DNA from: Macrostomum lignano
Taxonomy: Eukaryota
Assembly: GCA_002269645.1 (NCBI GenBank)
Contig: NIVC01001938.1
Span: 1 to 64,000, forward strand
Reading direction: 5' to 3'
Length of the DNA stretch: 64,000 bases
This document shows positions 12,174 through 23,779 of the stretch, piece after piece (the stretch's first letter is position 1; the number at the start of each line of letters is the position of its first letter). A program made the position numbers and the translations under genes. The notes below the pieces were generated by a model. It was not told the origin of the DNA, did no database searches, and saw only the letters and a program-made list of their open reading frames with translations.

Positions 12174-12518
12174 TTAGCCTTCATTTGTCGATAAAACTTC
12201 CATTTTATCGATCTCATCCAGCAAGTCCTTCTCTTCCTTCTCATGCTCGAACACGATGTTAAGAGCATTCTCCAATTGGCACCGAAAATTCTCATCGTCT
12301 TCGGCTTCCTTTTCAATTGTCTTCTTGAATGTTAGTAGCGTCTCGAAGCTGTAACCCGAAAAAACGATGTTCGGGTACTTTATTGTTAGGGAATGAAATG
12401 TAAACAAGCGCTGCCCGAACTTTGTTGGAATGTTGAGACGCTTGGCAGTGTCTTCGGTAGATAAGCCAAGATGTTCTTTCAGTAGATTCAAGACTTCAGC
12501 TTGCTTTTTCCTAGCCAA
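12174..12518 (-). CDS. Hypothetical Polinton accessory ORF
   Basis: 114-aa intronless ORF inside the element; no motif recognised. Confidence 0.3.
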   Translation of the reverse strand: MARKKQAEVLNLLKEHLGLSTEDTAKRLNIPTKFGQRLFTFHSLTIKYPNIVFSGYSFETLLTFKKTIEKEAEDDENFRCQLENALNIVFEHEKEEKDLLDEIDKMEVLSTNEG

Positions 12519-12827
12519 GCAGGCAAGCAGTTGAAGGTCGGCAACGAATTGTTCTAGGTCGTAAATTGTTTACGCATACTAGTCTCGTCAGCTTGGACAG
12601 GACCAAAGCACATATTTCTGGCGTTTCCAAATCTAAAAAGAATAATGTGGAATCATAATGTTAATAAGGTTAATAGGTTTGTCTCCAGCTATTCTCAAAA
12701 CACTCAACAGACTGCATGAAAGCCTCAACTAATTTTGATCGTTTTCAGCAAGTTACATGTAAGATTTATAAAGATTTCCTTCAACAGTCAATAATATACA
12801 AGCTAATAAAATAATAAGCAAAAAATC

Positions 12828-13106
12828 TTACCGCGTCTTGATGACAATCTCTTCATTTCGATCATGTATGCTGTTCATTTTCTCCTTCAGGCGAGCGATG
12901 AAGCGAACTTCGCGGCGCTCTTTTTCCATATCCAAATTTCTGTCGTTGGCCGTTTTTTCTTTCTTTTCCGACGACTTGTCAATTTGCTCGAGAACTTTCA
13001 ACAGTGGCGCTTTCTCCTTATCCTCAACATTCGATATAGCAATCGCTGTGCTAGACGGATCTTTGCTGCTAATGCTTTTTATAAGACTTAGTATTTTCGA
13101 AGCCAT
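12828..13106 (-). CDS. Hypothetical Polinton accessory ORF (charged, coiled-coil; likely start MASKIL at 13106)
   Basis: ATG at 13106 is preceded on the minus strand by TATAAAAG; no motif recognised. Confidence 0.35.
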   Translation of the reverse strand: MASKILSLIKSISSKDPSSTAIAISNVEDKEKAPLLKVLEQIDKSSEKKEKTANDRNLDMEKERREVRFIARLKEKMNSIHDRNEEIVIKTR

Positions 13107-13437
13107 AGCTATACTTTTATAGTTGTAGTGAATTGAACTTAAACTGGCGACGAGGCGGAGCAGGTGGGGCGAGGGGCGGTGTGAATCGGCTGTATATATA
13201 CCATTGGTGTGGGCTCGGGAATCCACGGATTCTCTTTTTGTTCTAGAATATTCTAGAATTCGAATTCTAGAAGGGGAACCTGCAGATTTTCTATTTATAG
13301 GTAAGATTTTCTATTAATAGTTGATTGGGGTTGCCAAAGCGGAAAGAGAATGGAAAGCATGTGTGGAACGCATGGCATGGGTTTTATTTTTAGAACTTAC
13401 GTCTACACTCTACAAGGTACAACCTTGTAGTTGGCAA

Positions 13438-13704
13438 CTACAATTGCTTATTGATTTCTGCAAAGTTATAGTAGCTGTCGTAATCTTTTACGTAGGTTAC
13501 TCCATACTTATGAAACCAGTGTCTTTGGAGAGCTAGATTAATATTAGGGACATTGATATCAACGCCGGGCCAATATTTTCTCATGTACTCGCTGCATTCA
13601 AGTTTGCATCGGTACTTACTCTTGTAATTAGGCTCGTGCGCTTTGTAATAAGAACCTGGAGAGACAACTGGAAACATTTTTAGAGAAAATTTAATTTTTT
13701 TCAA
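13438..13704 (-). CDS. Hypothetical Polinton accessory ORF
   Basis: 88-aa ORF near the element end; no motif recognised. Confidence 0.25.
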   Translation of the reverse strand: MKKIKFSLKMFPVVSPGSYYKAHEPNYKSKYRCKLECSEYMRKYWPGVDINVPNINLALQRHWFHKYGVTYVKDYDSYYNFAEINKQL

Positions 13705-13889
13705 AGGGTAAGGACCCTGGGTTAGGGGATTTAAAGTTTTAGGGATGTGGTAGCACGTTGCGGATTGAATGTGGGGAGAAGAATTCAGATTATTTTCTGA
13801 TTGTTTCGAAGATGCTATGGGTGGATGTCAGTGAATTATAATGGGATTATGTTCGAAGTTTTCGGAACAAGTAGGACACCTGTTATGCT

Positions 13890-14104
13890 ATGATTCTGTC
13901 GGGGATAATACGGATGGATTTAATGGGATTATGTTCGAAGTTTTTGGAGTAAGTGCGACCCCCCTTTTTTCTGATTCTGTCGGGGATAATACGGATGGAT
14001 TTAATGGGATTATGGAGGACGTTTTGTGAGCGAGTGCGACTCCCTCTTTTTTTCTGATTCTGTCAGGGATAATATGGATGGATTTAATGAGATTATGGAG
14101 GACG
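13890..14104 (+). repeat. ~81-bp subterminal tandem repeat (3 copies) at the Polinton right end
   Basis: TGATTCTGTCGGGGATAATACGGATGGATTTAATGGGATTATG recurs at ~13892, ~13973 and ~14055. Confidence 0.85.
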
Positions 14105-14176
14105 TGAAAAATTTTGTCCCAAAAGCCCCCTCATGCCTTCTACTTTATCCTCATGTCGTTTCAACCCAACCCGCAG

Positions 14177-15833
14177 ATCCCGAGGAGTTCATCAACCTGC
14201 TGCTGGACCACGTGCTCCGTCATGAGCCGTTCATCAAACTGAGCACTGGGCAGAGCTCCCATGTGCTGCAGCTGTTTCTTGATCGGGCCGATTTGCCTTT
14301 CGAACAGCAGAAGCAGCAACAGCAGGTGTGTCTTTTGAATTAATACTGAGACTATTGGCTTAAGGACTTGCAATCTAATTACCCCCTGGGTGCGGAGGCT
14401 GAAATATTGCAATAGAAGTAATATTTAAACTGCCTTCTTTAGTCATTACTATTGGCTTCTTGGCATTGAAATGTGTAAAACTGAAAAAGCTCTCGCTGTG
14501 CCTTGAAATTATAATCTATCTCGCCTGGGGTATTGTAGTGACTTTGCATCGGGCCTAGGTGTATTAACTAACTAACTTTGAGGCTAGAATTGTTCAGTTA
14601 CCTTATATGCATCGTGCGTTCAATTATGGTATCGTGCACATGACTACATGTATGTGACAACACTGTTGTCAACGTGCACATGACTATAAATATATTGAGC
14701 GAGACCCAGGTGTCTCCAACTGAATTGAATTCATCAATTAACTAAAAACACAACAGGTATTTGCAGCTTTGAGTTTTTTAGCTTTGGCCATGGCATCAGC
14801 CATGGCATCTCAGCAACTCCCCATTGAGCCAATTGGCATCTCAGCAACTCCCCATTGAGCCAATTGGCATCTCAGCAACTCCCCATTGAGCCAATTGGCA
14901 TCTCAGCAACTCCTCCTTGAGCCATGACATGACAGCAACGCTTGTATTATTTGCGTTCCCACAGCAGCAGCAGCAGCCGCATTCCACTGGTGCACGCGAG
15001 CACATCGCGGACACTGAGACCCTGCTGCACCTGTCGCTAATCCAGAGCAACATCCAGTTTAGCGAGCCGCCGCAGTGCCTGATCCTGCAGATGCCTCGAT
15101 CTGGAAAGTCATATAAAATGTTCCACCGCATCCTGCCAGTGCTGCAGTTGAACATCACCAACCTGCTGCCGGACACCGCCAGGGCCTGCAACATCTGCGG
15201 CAACTTTGCCACTATCGAGTGCCATCAGTGCTTTCTCAAGCACGACTCCGGCCGAGACTACACCTATTGCGAACCGTGCTACAAGGCGTTTGCGGATCAC
15301 AGAAAGGGAAAAACGCACGAGCCAATCAAGATTAAATATCCCAGGCATATCCTGGAGAAATATAAGAGACCCGGACAAATTGTTAAAAGTCAGACAGTCA
15401 TGGATCTGCTGGCTGTTGTCTGTATTTGCACCAGCCACTACGTCTGCTTCTTGAGGGCCGAGCCCAACCACTGGCTGTTCTTCGATAGCATGGCCGATAG
15501 GGAGGGCGGTGAGTTCAGACTAGCTTATTCCCGTGTCCGCACATTCTGCTTAATCCATCCCGATTTCATCCCTATCACCCATTCCATCCCCATCCCGATC
15601 CCTATGCCAGCCCCATTCTAACCAGTTCATAAATGATTGAATTTCCAGGCTGCAACGATGGCTACAACATCCCGGAGGTGACCCGCGTCGATGGCCTTGA
15701 AGAGTGGCTTCGCGATCTTCAAGACAAAACAGGCAACGCACCGCCTCCAGAACAGGGCAACCGCCTGCTAGAGGATTGCTATCTGTGCTTCTACGGCAAT
15801 CCAAGATCTGTGCCCTTCCCTAGCAGCTCCTGA
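14177..15833 (+). CDS. CYLD: CYLD ubiquitin hydrolase, 3' exons only (14177-14325, 14965-15508, 15649-15833)
   Basis: DPEEFINLLLDHVLRHEPFIKL, CLILQMPR, B-box cysteines (CNICGNFATIECHQC...YCEPC), His box TSHYVCF, WLFFDSMADREGG, GYNIPEV, RLLEDCYLCFY. AG/GT boundaries are phase-consistent. Confidence 0.95.
14797..14917 (+). repeat. ~31-bp intronic tandem repeat (GCATCTCAGCAACTCCCCATTGAGCCAATTG, ~4 copies)
   Basis: Directly visible in the CYLD intron. Confidence 0.85.
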
Positions 15834-16900
15834 AGTAATGTTGAAAACTATATAGTTCGTTTTAAACGTTTTCGTCTTCTTTGAGATTCAACATCGATTA
15901 TCAAGTTTGTGATTCTTTTCCTAGTAAATAATATTACTGTATTACTGTACAGTAATACAGCTATTTCACATTACTGTATAGTGCACCAGTTATTACAAGT
16001 TATTAAAAGTCAACAAAGGAGAATTAAATTCGGAGAAAAGCGGTGCTATTTTCAAGACAAATATATTCTTCAATACAAGCGTACAAAACAGACCCTTATA
16101 TAAATTTAATTTTAACAATAGTTTTTAAGTCATTGAGAAAGATTTTCTTATATCACTGTATCGGCATAAAATACTTTATATGCTACTTACAGTAGTAAAA
16201 TAAGTAGTAACGCTAGCGCCGGAACTATGTGGATACGTATAACGTTTGTATTGGACCAATTTCATAAAGTATATAAGTGCTGATTGTTGGACTGATGTAC
16301 CATTTATTCCGCTATGATTGCATATTTCTACGCCTGTCTTACCCAGTGATGAAGCGATCTAAATGCCATCGTCATAAAAGTAATTATTCAATCAAGTGTG
16401 ATCTTCAATTAAAATTTGATCTGTTTTGTCTCGATGTTTATTTTTTAATTAATCCCCATTTATTATCACATTTATCCAGATGAATTGATGAGCTGTGTAG
16501 AGACGTTTATCCAGATCGACCCCCTGCTGCGGGGATGCAGAGGCTTTTCTAGCTTTTTGCGAACTTTTTATTTCTATTAAAACAATATAAAGTGAAATTA
16601 ACTTTTTTAGACAAGCCTGTTGTATTTTAAACGAGAAGAAATATACTCGTATCATCAAACATCATAACAAAATATTTTTTAAAACTGAACTGTACTTTGT
16701 CCTGCTGGCATGTTTTTATTTATCTAGATTTACTTTAAATTGAAATAATTAATTACAGCTACGTGTACCTGGCGATACACAACTGCTGAAATTCTGCATT
16801 TTATATTCCGGAATTCTGGAATTTCAATGTTGGTAATGTAGCTCGTAATAACCGTATGTCATTTCTAAATCAGAGTGTTGTGTCCCATCTATATCTTGAC

Positions 16901-17193
16901 CAGGGGTCGGCCAACTCCGGCATGTAAAGCCTCTCTATCCGGCCCTGGGGTCCTTTGAAATTTCACAATAGCAATCCGGTTTTCTCTTCTCAGCTCTCTC
17001 TACAATCTCTCCTCTCCCTTTTCTCTCTTTTCTCCTCTTCTCTTCCTCTCCCCCTTCTCCCCTCTCATTTCCCTTCTCTCTTCTCTCTTCTTTATTCCCT
17101 CCTCTCTTCTTTCTTTCTCCCTCTGCCCCGCAGTCATGCGCTGGGTTCTCTGTATGGCCCTTGAGGTATGAGTAAAAAGTTTCCCAACCCATG
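16901..17193 (+). mobile_element. Non-autonomous hAT-like MITE (copy 1)
   Basis: Starts CAGGGGTCGGCCAAC with an imperfect inverted end GTTTCCCAACCCATG. Interior AAGCCTCTCTATCCGG.CCT.GGGGTCCTTTGAAA is shared with ~59860. Confidence 0.5.
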
Positions 17194-17980
17194 GTCTGAC
17201 CAAAAAAGATCCCTTAAGAGAATATAGGGGCCTCCAATGCCATGTTGGGGATAAAAGTTGGAACTTTCTAGTGCTCCCCGTGTTAAACCTTGACAGGAAA
17301 TCTTGGATAAAGTTTCAAATTTATAAAGCCTCGCTGACTCCTAGGTTTTTTGAGTATTTTAGTTAATGACTCAAAAAAATAGAGACATGATTAAAATTCT
17401 AATCAAAATTCATCAAAACATGATGCGAGCTAGCCCCATGGGGCTTTATTTTGAATTCATATTTACTTATATTTTTTCAGTAGTATAGGGGAGTTTTTTA
17501 ACAATGTCCTTTGAAATTTGTTTCGCGCAAATTTAAACTACGTAGAATGAATTTGATTTAACAGTTTTATAAAGTTATGATTCACAGCTTGCTCGAACAA
17601 ACTAGGAACAGTCACGGTGAGTTCTCTTGTATACTCAAGTTAGTCCTAGTTATGCTCAAATTAAACTGCTATGACCAGTATAAATATAACCCTCAGCTGT
17701 CCCTTAAGTTCTCAATTGCTTCCATTAGTTACACAAAGCCCGTAGTTAGTTGTCTTGTGGATACGAGCCCGTGGGTACAAGCCCGAAAGCTTGCATAAGA
17801 CAGTCTACTAAGTTTTAACCATAGACCCTCTGCAGGCGATTGAGCAAATACTTTTCTACCTTTTTTCCATAGTTCCCGTGTGTTTCAACCCGCAAACAAC
17901 AACGCTTCAGCGCCACTGTATGCCTGGTTGGTTAGTTGCAATTCATAAAATCTTTTTCGTCAAAAATCTAAATAGTTAAT

Positions 17981-20900
17981 ATGAAGTCCGCAGACGAGAG
18001 TCTCCGTTCGTCCTGTCGTAGCAGCCATCCGGTCTCCAAGACTGGCATTGCTAGACCAACTACTGACAGTGGTAGAGTACAACGCTCGGGCGGCACAAAG
18101 AAACCCGGCTGCTGCAGCGAAGAGGACGCCGATCCCGATTTAGACGAGCACGGTTCTAACGAAGGAATCGCTTGTAGCCACCTGATTTACCTGGGCAAAT
18201 GCGAACTGCGAGATCATCCGTCCAGGATGCGTTACCTGAAGTATTCGTCTCAGCGATTGCTGATGCTTGGCAGGCGCGGTTTGCAGGAGATGATGCCTAG
18301 TACTGGGCCTGACTATTACCTGCTGCAGGTTGGTCTGTCTTCATTGTAAATTGTCTCTGAACATGCTAATTCACAACGCGATTCACAACTGGCCCACGAG
18401 GGCCAATTCCCCCAAGGCACAGAGACTGAGAGTGCACATGCCTGACGATTAGAGAGTCAAGGGGCCGCTGTACACCCTGCGTGAGTGTGTCTATGAGTGC
18501 GTGCCTGTGCGGTACAGTATTCGCAGCGAATCGCTGGTTGTGGGACGAGTCTCCGAAGGCTTCCTGAGAATGTTCATTCAACATATCTGCGCTGCTCTTA
18601 TGCTTTAATAAATCATGCACTGGTTTTGTTAACAAAATGGAGATATTCACGCATTTCGCAGCGAAACGTGCGTCGAGCTAAAGCGTCAGATTGCACTCAG
18701 ACGAAAGACAAGCAAATTTACACGATCGTCCGTTTCCATGCGATGGCCATTCTAGCCAGCTACAATGAGCAGATGATGCGAGACAGCATCATCAGCGTGC
18801 CCTATCCGCTTGGCTGTCTGGCTTCGATTGCGGCTGACGATAGCAGCTATTACATCTACGGCACTAACCTGGAGTTGAACTGCGTGTTAAGGTTCCCTGT
18901 GAGTTTCCTTTTTTGTGTGGGGCTCATCAAATTCGGATATTCATGTTGATTTTGTGATTGTTGGTAAGATCGAATAAAGTAAGCTTGGCTATCTATCTAC
19001 TGTAACCCTTCTGCACCGGGTCAGTTCTGGACAGTTGTTGCATTTTTTAAGTCTGCGGGTTTGATAATGACATTGAGTCGTTGGAATCTACTATGTTGTT
19101 AGGCCGTTAGGTTCATTAAAATTCAAGTAAGCTTTATTGAATTCTTAGCTCGTAAATCCTGTTAAGTTAATCATTCAAATCAGTCAGGTCATTGAAGTCT
19201 CGGGTCAGCCAGTCAGGTCGAAGTCTCGGGTCAGTCAGTCAGGTCTACAGTGAAGTCTCGGGTCCTCGGGTCAGCCAGTCAGGTCGAAGTCTCGGGTCAG
19301 TCAGTCAGGTCTACAGTGAAATCTCGGGTCAGTCAGTCAGGTCTACAGTGAAGTCTCGGGTCAGTCAGTCAGGTCTACAGTGAAGTCTCGGGTCAGTCAG
19401 TCAGGTCTACAGTGAAGTCTCGGGTCAGTCAGTCAGGTCTACAGTGAAGTCTCGGGTCAGTCAGTCAGGTCTACAGTGAAGTCTCGGGTCAGTCAGTCAG
19501 GTCTACAGTGAAGTCTCGGGTCAGTCAGTCAGGTCTACAGTGAAGTCTCGGGTCAGCCAGTCAGGTCGAAGTCTCGGGTCAGCCAGTCAGGTCGAAGTCT
19601 CGGGTCAGCCAGTCAGGTCGAAGTCTCGGGTCAGCCAGTCAGGTCGAAGTCTCGGGTCAGCCAGTCAGGTCGTTGAAGTCTCAGGTCCGTCAGGTGGATC
19701 ATTTCTGCTTAAAATCAGTTTTCACGAGTGTAACAAAAATTTTGAAGCGCAACTTTTCTACGCAAGACCAGCGACCTCGGCTTGACGAGCGCTGAGCGTT
19801 TCGGCAGTTTGTGGCGACCGTTCGACTGCTGCGTGAGCCAGACCTTCCCCATTGAGCTCGGCGGCACGGAGTCGTCCGTGTCCAGCTCCAACGCCGAGAC
19901 AGCCGACGGCGATGTCGTGAACTCATTCGAAACAAACCTCATCGACCGTTCGATGGACACCACCGGGTCGGATACCACTGTCCAGTACCTGTTCGTGTCT
20001 AATCTGGACGCTGGAATCTGCGTTTTTAATCTCAACTCGATGAAGATTGTGGCGCATTGCGGTGAGATGGCGCTTTTTGTTGCTTCATGTTTGTCAGCCG
20101 GGTCCTCCATAAAGTTGTATGGAGGATCCTCCATACTGCCTCCTCCATAAAGTTTGTATTTCATGAAATATTGCTGAGTTGCTTTGGTCTGCTTTGGTTT
20201 ACAATTGCTTTGGTCTGACTGGTAGCTTTAGCGCCAGGGGTTTTAGCACCAGGGCTTTAGCACCAGGGGCGCCAGCACCAGGGGCGCCAGCACCAGGGGC
20301 GCCAGCACCAGGGGCGCCAGCACCAGGGGCGCCAGCACCAGGGGCGCCAGCACCAGGGGCGCCAGCACCAGGGGCGCCAGCACCAGGGGCGCCAGCACCA
20401 GGGGCGCCAGCACCAGGGGCGCCAGCACCAGGGGCGTCAGCACCAGGGACAATTTTAGCACCAGGGGTGTCAGCACCAGAGGCGTCAGCACCAGGGGCAA
20501 TTCTAGCACCAGGGGTGTCAGCACCAGAGGCGTCAGCACCAGGGGCAATTCTAGCACCAGGGGCGCCAGCACCAGGGGCGCCAGCACCAGGGGCGCCAGC
20601 ACCAGGGGCGCCAGCACCAGGGGCGCCAGCACCAGGGGCGCCAGCACCAGGGGCGCCAGCACCAGGGGCGCCAGCACCAGGGGCGCCAGCACCAGGGGCG
20701 CCAGCACCAGGGGCGCCAGCACCAGGGGCGCCAGCACCAGGGGCGCCAGCACCAGGGGCGCCAGCACCAGGGGCGCCAGCACCAGGGGCGCCAGCACCAG
20801 GGGCGCCAGCACCAGGGGCGCCAGCACCAGGGGCGCCAGCACCAGGGGCGCCAGCACCAGGGGCGCCAGCACCAGGGGCGCCAGCACCAGGGGCGCCAGC

Positions 20901-21772
20901 ACCAGGGGCGCCAGCACCAGGGGCGCCAGCACCAGGGGCGCCAGCACCAGGGGCGCCAGCACCAGGGGCGCCAGCACCAGGGGCGCCAGCACCAGGGGCG
21001 CCAGCACCAGGGGCGCCAGCACCAGGGGCGCCAGCACCAGGGGCGCCAGCACCAGGGGCGCCAGCACCAGGGGCGTCAGCACCAGGGGCAATTCTAGCAC
21101 CGGGGTGTCAGCACCAGAGGCGTCAGCACCAGGGGCAATTCTAGCACCGGGGTGTCAGCACCAGAGGCGTCAGCACCAGGGGCAATTCTAGCACCAGGGG
21201 CGCCAGCACCAGGGGCGCCAGCACCAGGGGCATTTCAGAGAGTTAATACAACGATATTTGTTTCTACAACAGAGGTTTTCTGTTGGAAAATGCTACATGC
21301 AGGATTTGTAGGTTGACATGCGGCTCGCATTGAACCACTTCCAGGTGAGGACCTACTTCCGGGTGCAAAATACCTCGCCTACGACTCCAAGCGCAGCATA
21401 TTATTCGTCTCGGCCTCTAGCGAGTCCATATTGCGCTGCTACAAGTTTGAGCCTCACCAGCTCAACAGGATGAGCACCCAGTCGCAGGGTGTCACCTTGA
21501 CGGCGTCCGGCACGACGACTCTGACCGGCCTTTCCTCGCCCGGATTAGTCGCCGCCGCGATGCTCGGCGCTGTTGAGAAGGCCAACATCGAGCCGCCAAT
21601 GCCCAGGCTGACTAAATTGGCCGACTTTCTTGTTGGCAATCGCCAGCCAACTTTGCGAGCTTCCGGGCCGCAGTGCATCATGTGGGACCCGGACATGGAG
21701 CACCTGGTTGTGCTGTGCCACTCGCATATTAAGGGCAAGTTTAAAAACAAGATTTTCCGAGTGACGCTTTAA
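17981..21772 (+). CDS. Multi-exon hypothetical protein with beta-propeller (NHL/YVTN-like) blades; approximate exons 17981-18328, 18662-18899, 19769-20060, 21345-21772
   Basis: Phase-compatible GT-AG exons encoding blade-like segments SSYYIYGTNLELNCVLRF, QYLFVSNLDAGICVF, AKYLAYDSKRSILFVS and CIMWDPDMEHLVVL. Confidence 0.5.
18376..18650 (+). repeat. Dispersed intronic repeat, copy 1 (related to 52321-52590)
   Basis: Shared blocks GATTCACA...GAGGG.CAA.TCC..AAGGCACAGAGA...CACATGCCTGAC...GTGAGTG...GTACAGTATT. Confidence 0.5.
19180..19690 (+). repeat. Intronic minisatellite, ~23-31-bp units (AGTCAGGTCTACAGTGAAGTCTCGGGTCAGTC)
   Basis: Directly visible tandem array. Confidence 0.92.
20229..21232 (+). 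repeat. 15-bp GC-rich minisatellite (GCACCAGGGGCGCCA)n
   Basis: About 1 kb array, homogeneous core with variant units at the edges; intronic. Confidence 0.97.
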
Positions 21773-22267
21773 AAGCTATCTAGCAAGCCTTTAGCAAACA
21801 GGATGCATACGACTGACCAAATGACAGATTTTAGAGCAATCCAAATTATTGACTTAATACATTTATAACACCTGCACAATCTATGCCGCTTACTGAATCG
21901 ATTTGTTCATTACAAATATATTGGCAATCCTAAATTCGCTATTAATTGTTTTAACAGGCAGAGTTGATTAATTCTGTAATGATTGCATTAAAATTCGTGC
22001 TGCAGTGCCTAAAATCTGCGTGGTAATCTTTAATTCAATGTAGCTACATATATTGTAAATAATATTACGGCACCAATAAAATTTAGTCGATTAATCAGGA
22101 GTCATGCAATGTACATGTACTTGTAAATTGTTACTTTTTTGCGTGGTGATATTTAATTTTAGCTTTTGAACTCACAATCGAGCAATTTTACACGGCGCGG
22201 AGCATCTTAATTGTAGACCACGTATACAGCATGGACCTGTAGTTGATTCGCAGTTATACAGTTTAAC

Positions 22268-23092
22268 CAGGCGCGTCGCCACCGGGGGGACGGGGGGGAC
22301 ATGTCCCCCAGTAAAAGCTTTTGGGGGCTTGACTTAGCTGCAGGGGGCGTCCGGCGGATGCAGCGAGGAGGCGGAGGAGACCGCCCATTCCGCTAGCCCC
22401 TGGCGAAAGCTTTGGGGGGACATGTCAATGCTTTGTCCCCCCACCCCACCTTGTGAGTCGTTGTGGTGATCAATAATTTTTCTTCAGGGCGCCAAATATA
22501 TATAGCGCCTTTTACAATCCCTACGGCGCTAAAAATGATCGTGCCTTCGGCGCTAAAATGAGTGCCTTCGGCGCTAAAAATGAGTGCCTTTGGCGCCAAA
22601 ATGAGTTCCTACGGCGCTAAAATGAGTGCCTCCGACGCTAAAACTAAAATGAGTGCCTTCAGCGCTAAAATGAGTGCCTGTATGCGGTTCTAAAATGAGT
22701 GCCTGTGGCGCTAGAATGAGTGCCTGCAGCGCTAAAATGAGTGCCTGCAGTGCTAAAATAAGTGCCTGCAGCGCTAAAATGAGTGCCTGCAGCGCTAAAA
22801 TGAGTGCCTGCGGCTCCTTAAACGAGTGCCTGCGGCGCTAAAATGAGTGCCTGTGGTGCTAAATTAAGTGCCTGCGGTTCTAAAATGAGTATATGAGTGC
22901 CAGCGGCGCTATAAGTAAGTGCCTGCGGCGCTAAAGTGAGTGCCTGCGATGCTATAAGGAATACCTGGTGGAGCTAAAATAATCGTGCCTGCGGTGCTAA
23001 AATGAGTGCCAAAATTTAATCGTGTACATGTATATGTTGAATTCTTGGCTTTGTCCTCCCCACCATAAAATCGATCCAAGGCGACGCCCCTG
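22268..23092. mobile_element. hAT-type MITE with internal ~22-bp tandem repeat (GCGCTAAAATGAGTGCCTGCA-like)
   Basis: TIRs CAGGCGCGTCGCC / GGCGACGCCCCTG; flanks CAGTTTAAC and CAGTTAAC, a near-perfect 8-bp TSD. Confidence 0.8.
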
Positions 23093-23779
23093 CAGTTAAC
23101 TGCAGTCTGGGGAATGAATTAGTTAAAGGACTGACGTTTAAAACTATATAAATCTAGGTACATCGCACAGATAAAATCCTTTCGATCAATTAATTGAAGT
23201 TCAGAGCTAAAGTAATGTAAATCATTTGTTAATCATATTAAAAATCATGCATGATTACAACAGCTAGAGTGTGTACATGAATAATTTTGATCGATTGCAG
23301 CAAAACTAGACTCCAGTGAAATTCGCACAGGTTTATTTGTATAGCTTCGATCCTAACTTAATCATCCACCAAAAATTAGTAGTGCTCTACGCAAATTAAA
23401 TTTGAAGGTCATTTTGAGAAAGACTAGCATTGCAATCCTTATTTGAACGAGCTACGTCCGAATACAACGGTAACTTCTAGTGGTCCATGAGTACACAATG
23501 CATCAGATTTTGAAATAAACTTCGTATCTTGCAAAAAACCTTTAATTTGAAAAGCTATGCACATGTATTTATAGTCCGTAATTTACGCTTTTGACAAATC
23601 TGTAGCAACCAATCAGCGTTGACCATACCGAAGCACGCTTTTAACTTTGCATACGTAATCCAATTCTGCGAAATAGTGAATAAAGTGGAGAAACGTTTAC
23701 TTTGATTCATTAATTACAATATTTTTCTGTGCTTTAAATCATTGTCTATATATGCTTAGCCCCTTTTACGCATATTAGC

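Larger units (their letters stand above)
1..14144. mobile_element. Polinton/Maverick (adintovirus-like) endogenous viral element, degenerate; left part extends beyond the window
   Basis: Clustered intronless remnants of pPolB, rve integrase, adenain, A32-like ATPase, double-jelly-roll MCP and PLA2. Candidate right terminus ...CTACT at 14144 (reverse complement AGTAG, like Polinton AGT termini), followed 32 bp later by a host splice acceptor. Confidence 0.93.

Noticed and set aside
1-14144. Bacteriophage or bacterial contamination
   Set aside because: Gene set (adenain, rve integrase, pPolB, A32 ATPase) is Polinton-specific and is contiguous with spliced metazoan genes.
16935-17203. Charged or Leu/Ser-rich ORFs
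   Set aside because: Arise from a CT-rich low-complexity tract inside a MITE.
20179-21144. Long PGAPA / LAPLV repeat ORFs resembling collagen or elastin
   Set aside because: Produced by a stop-free 15-bp minisatellite in an intron; open on both strands and lacking a real start context.
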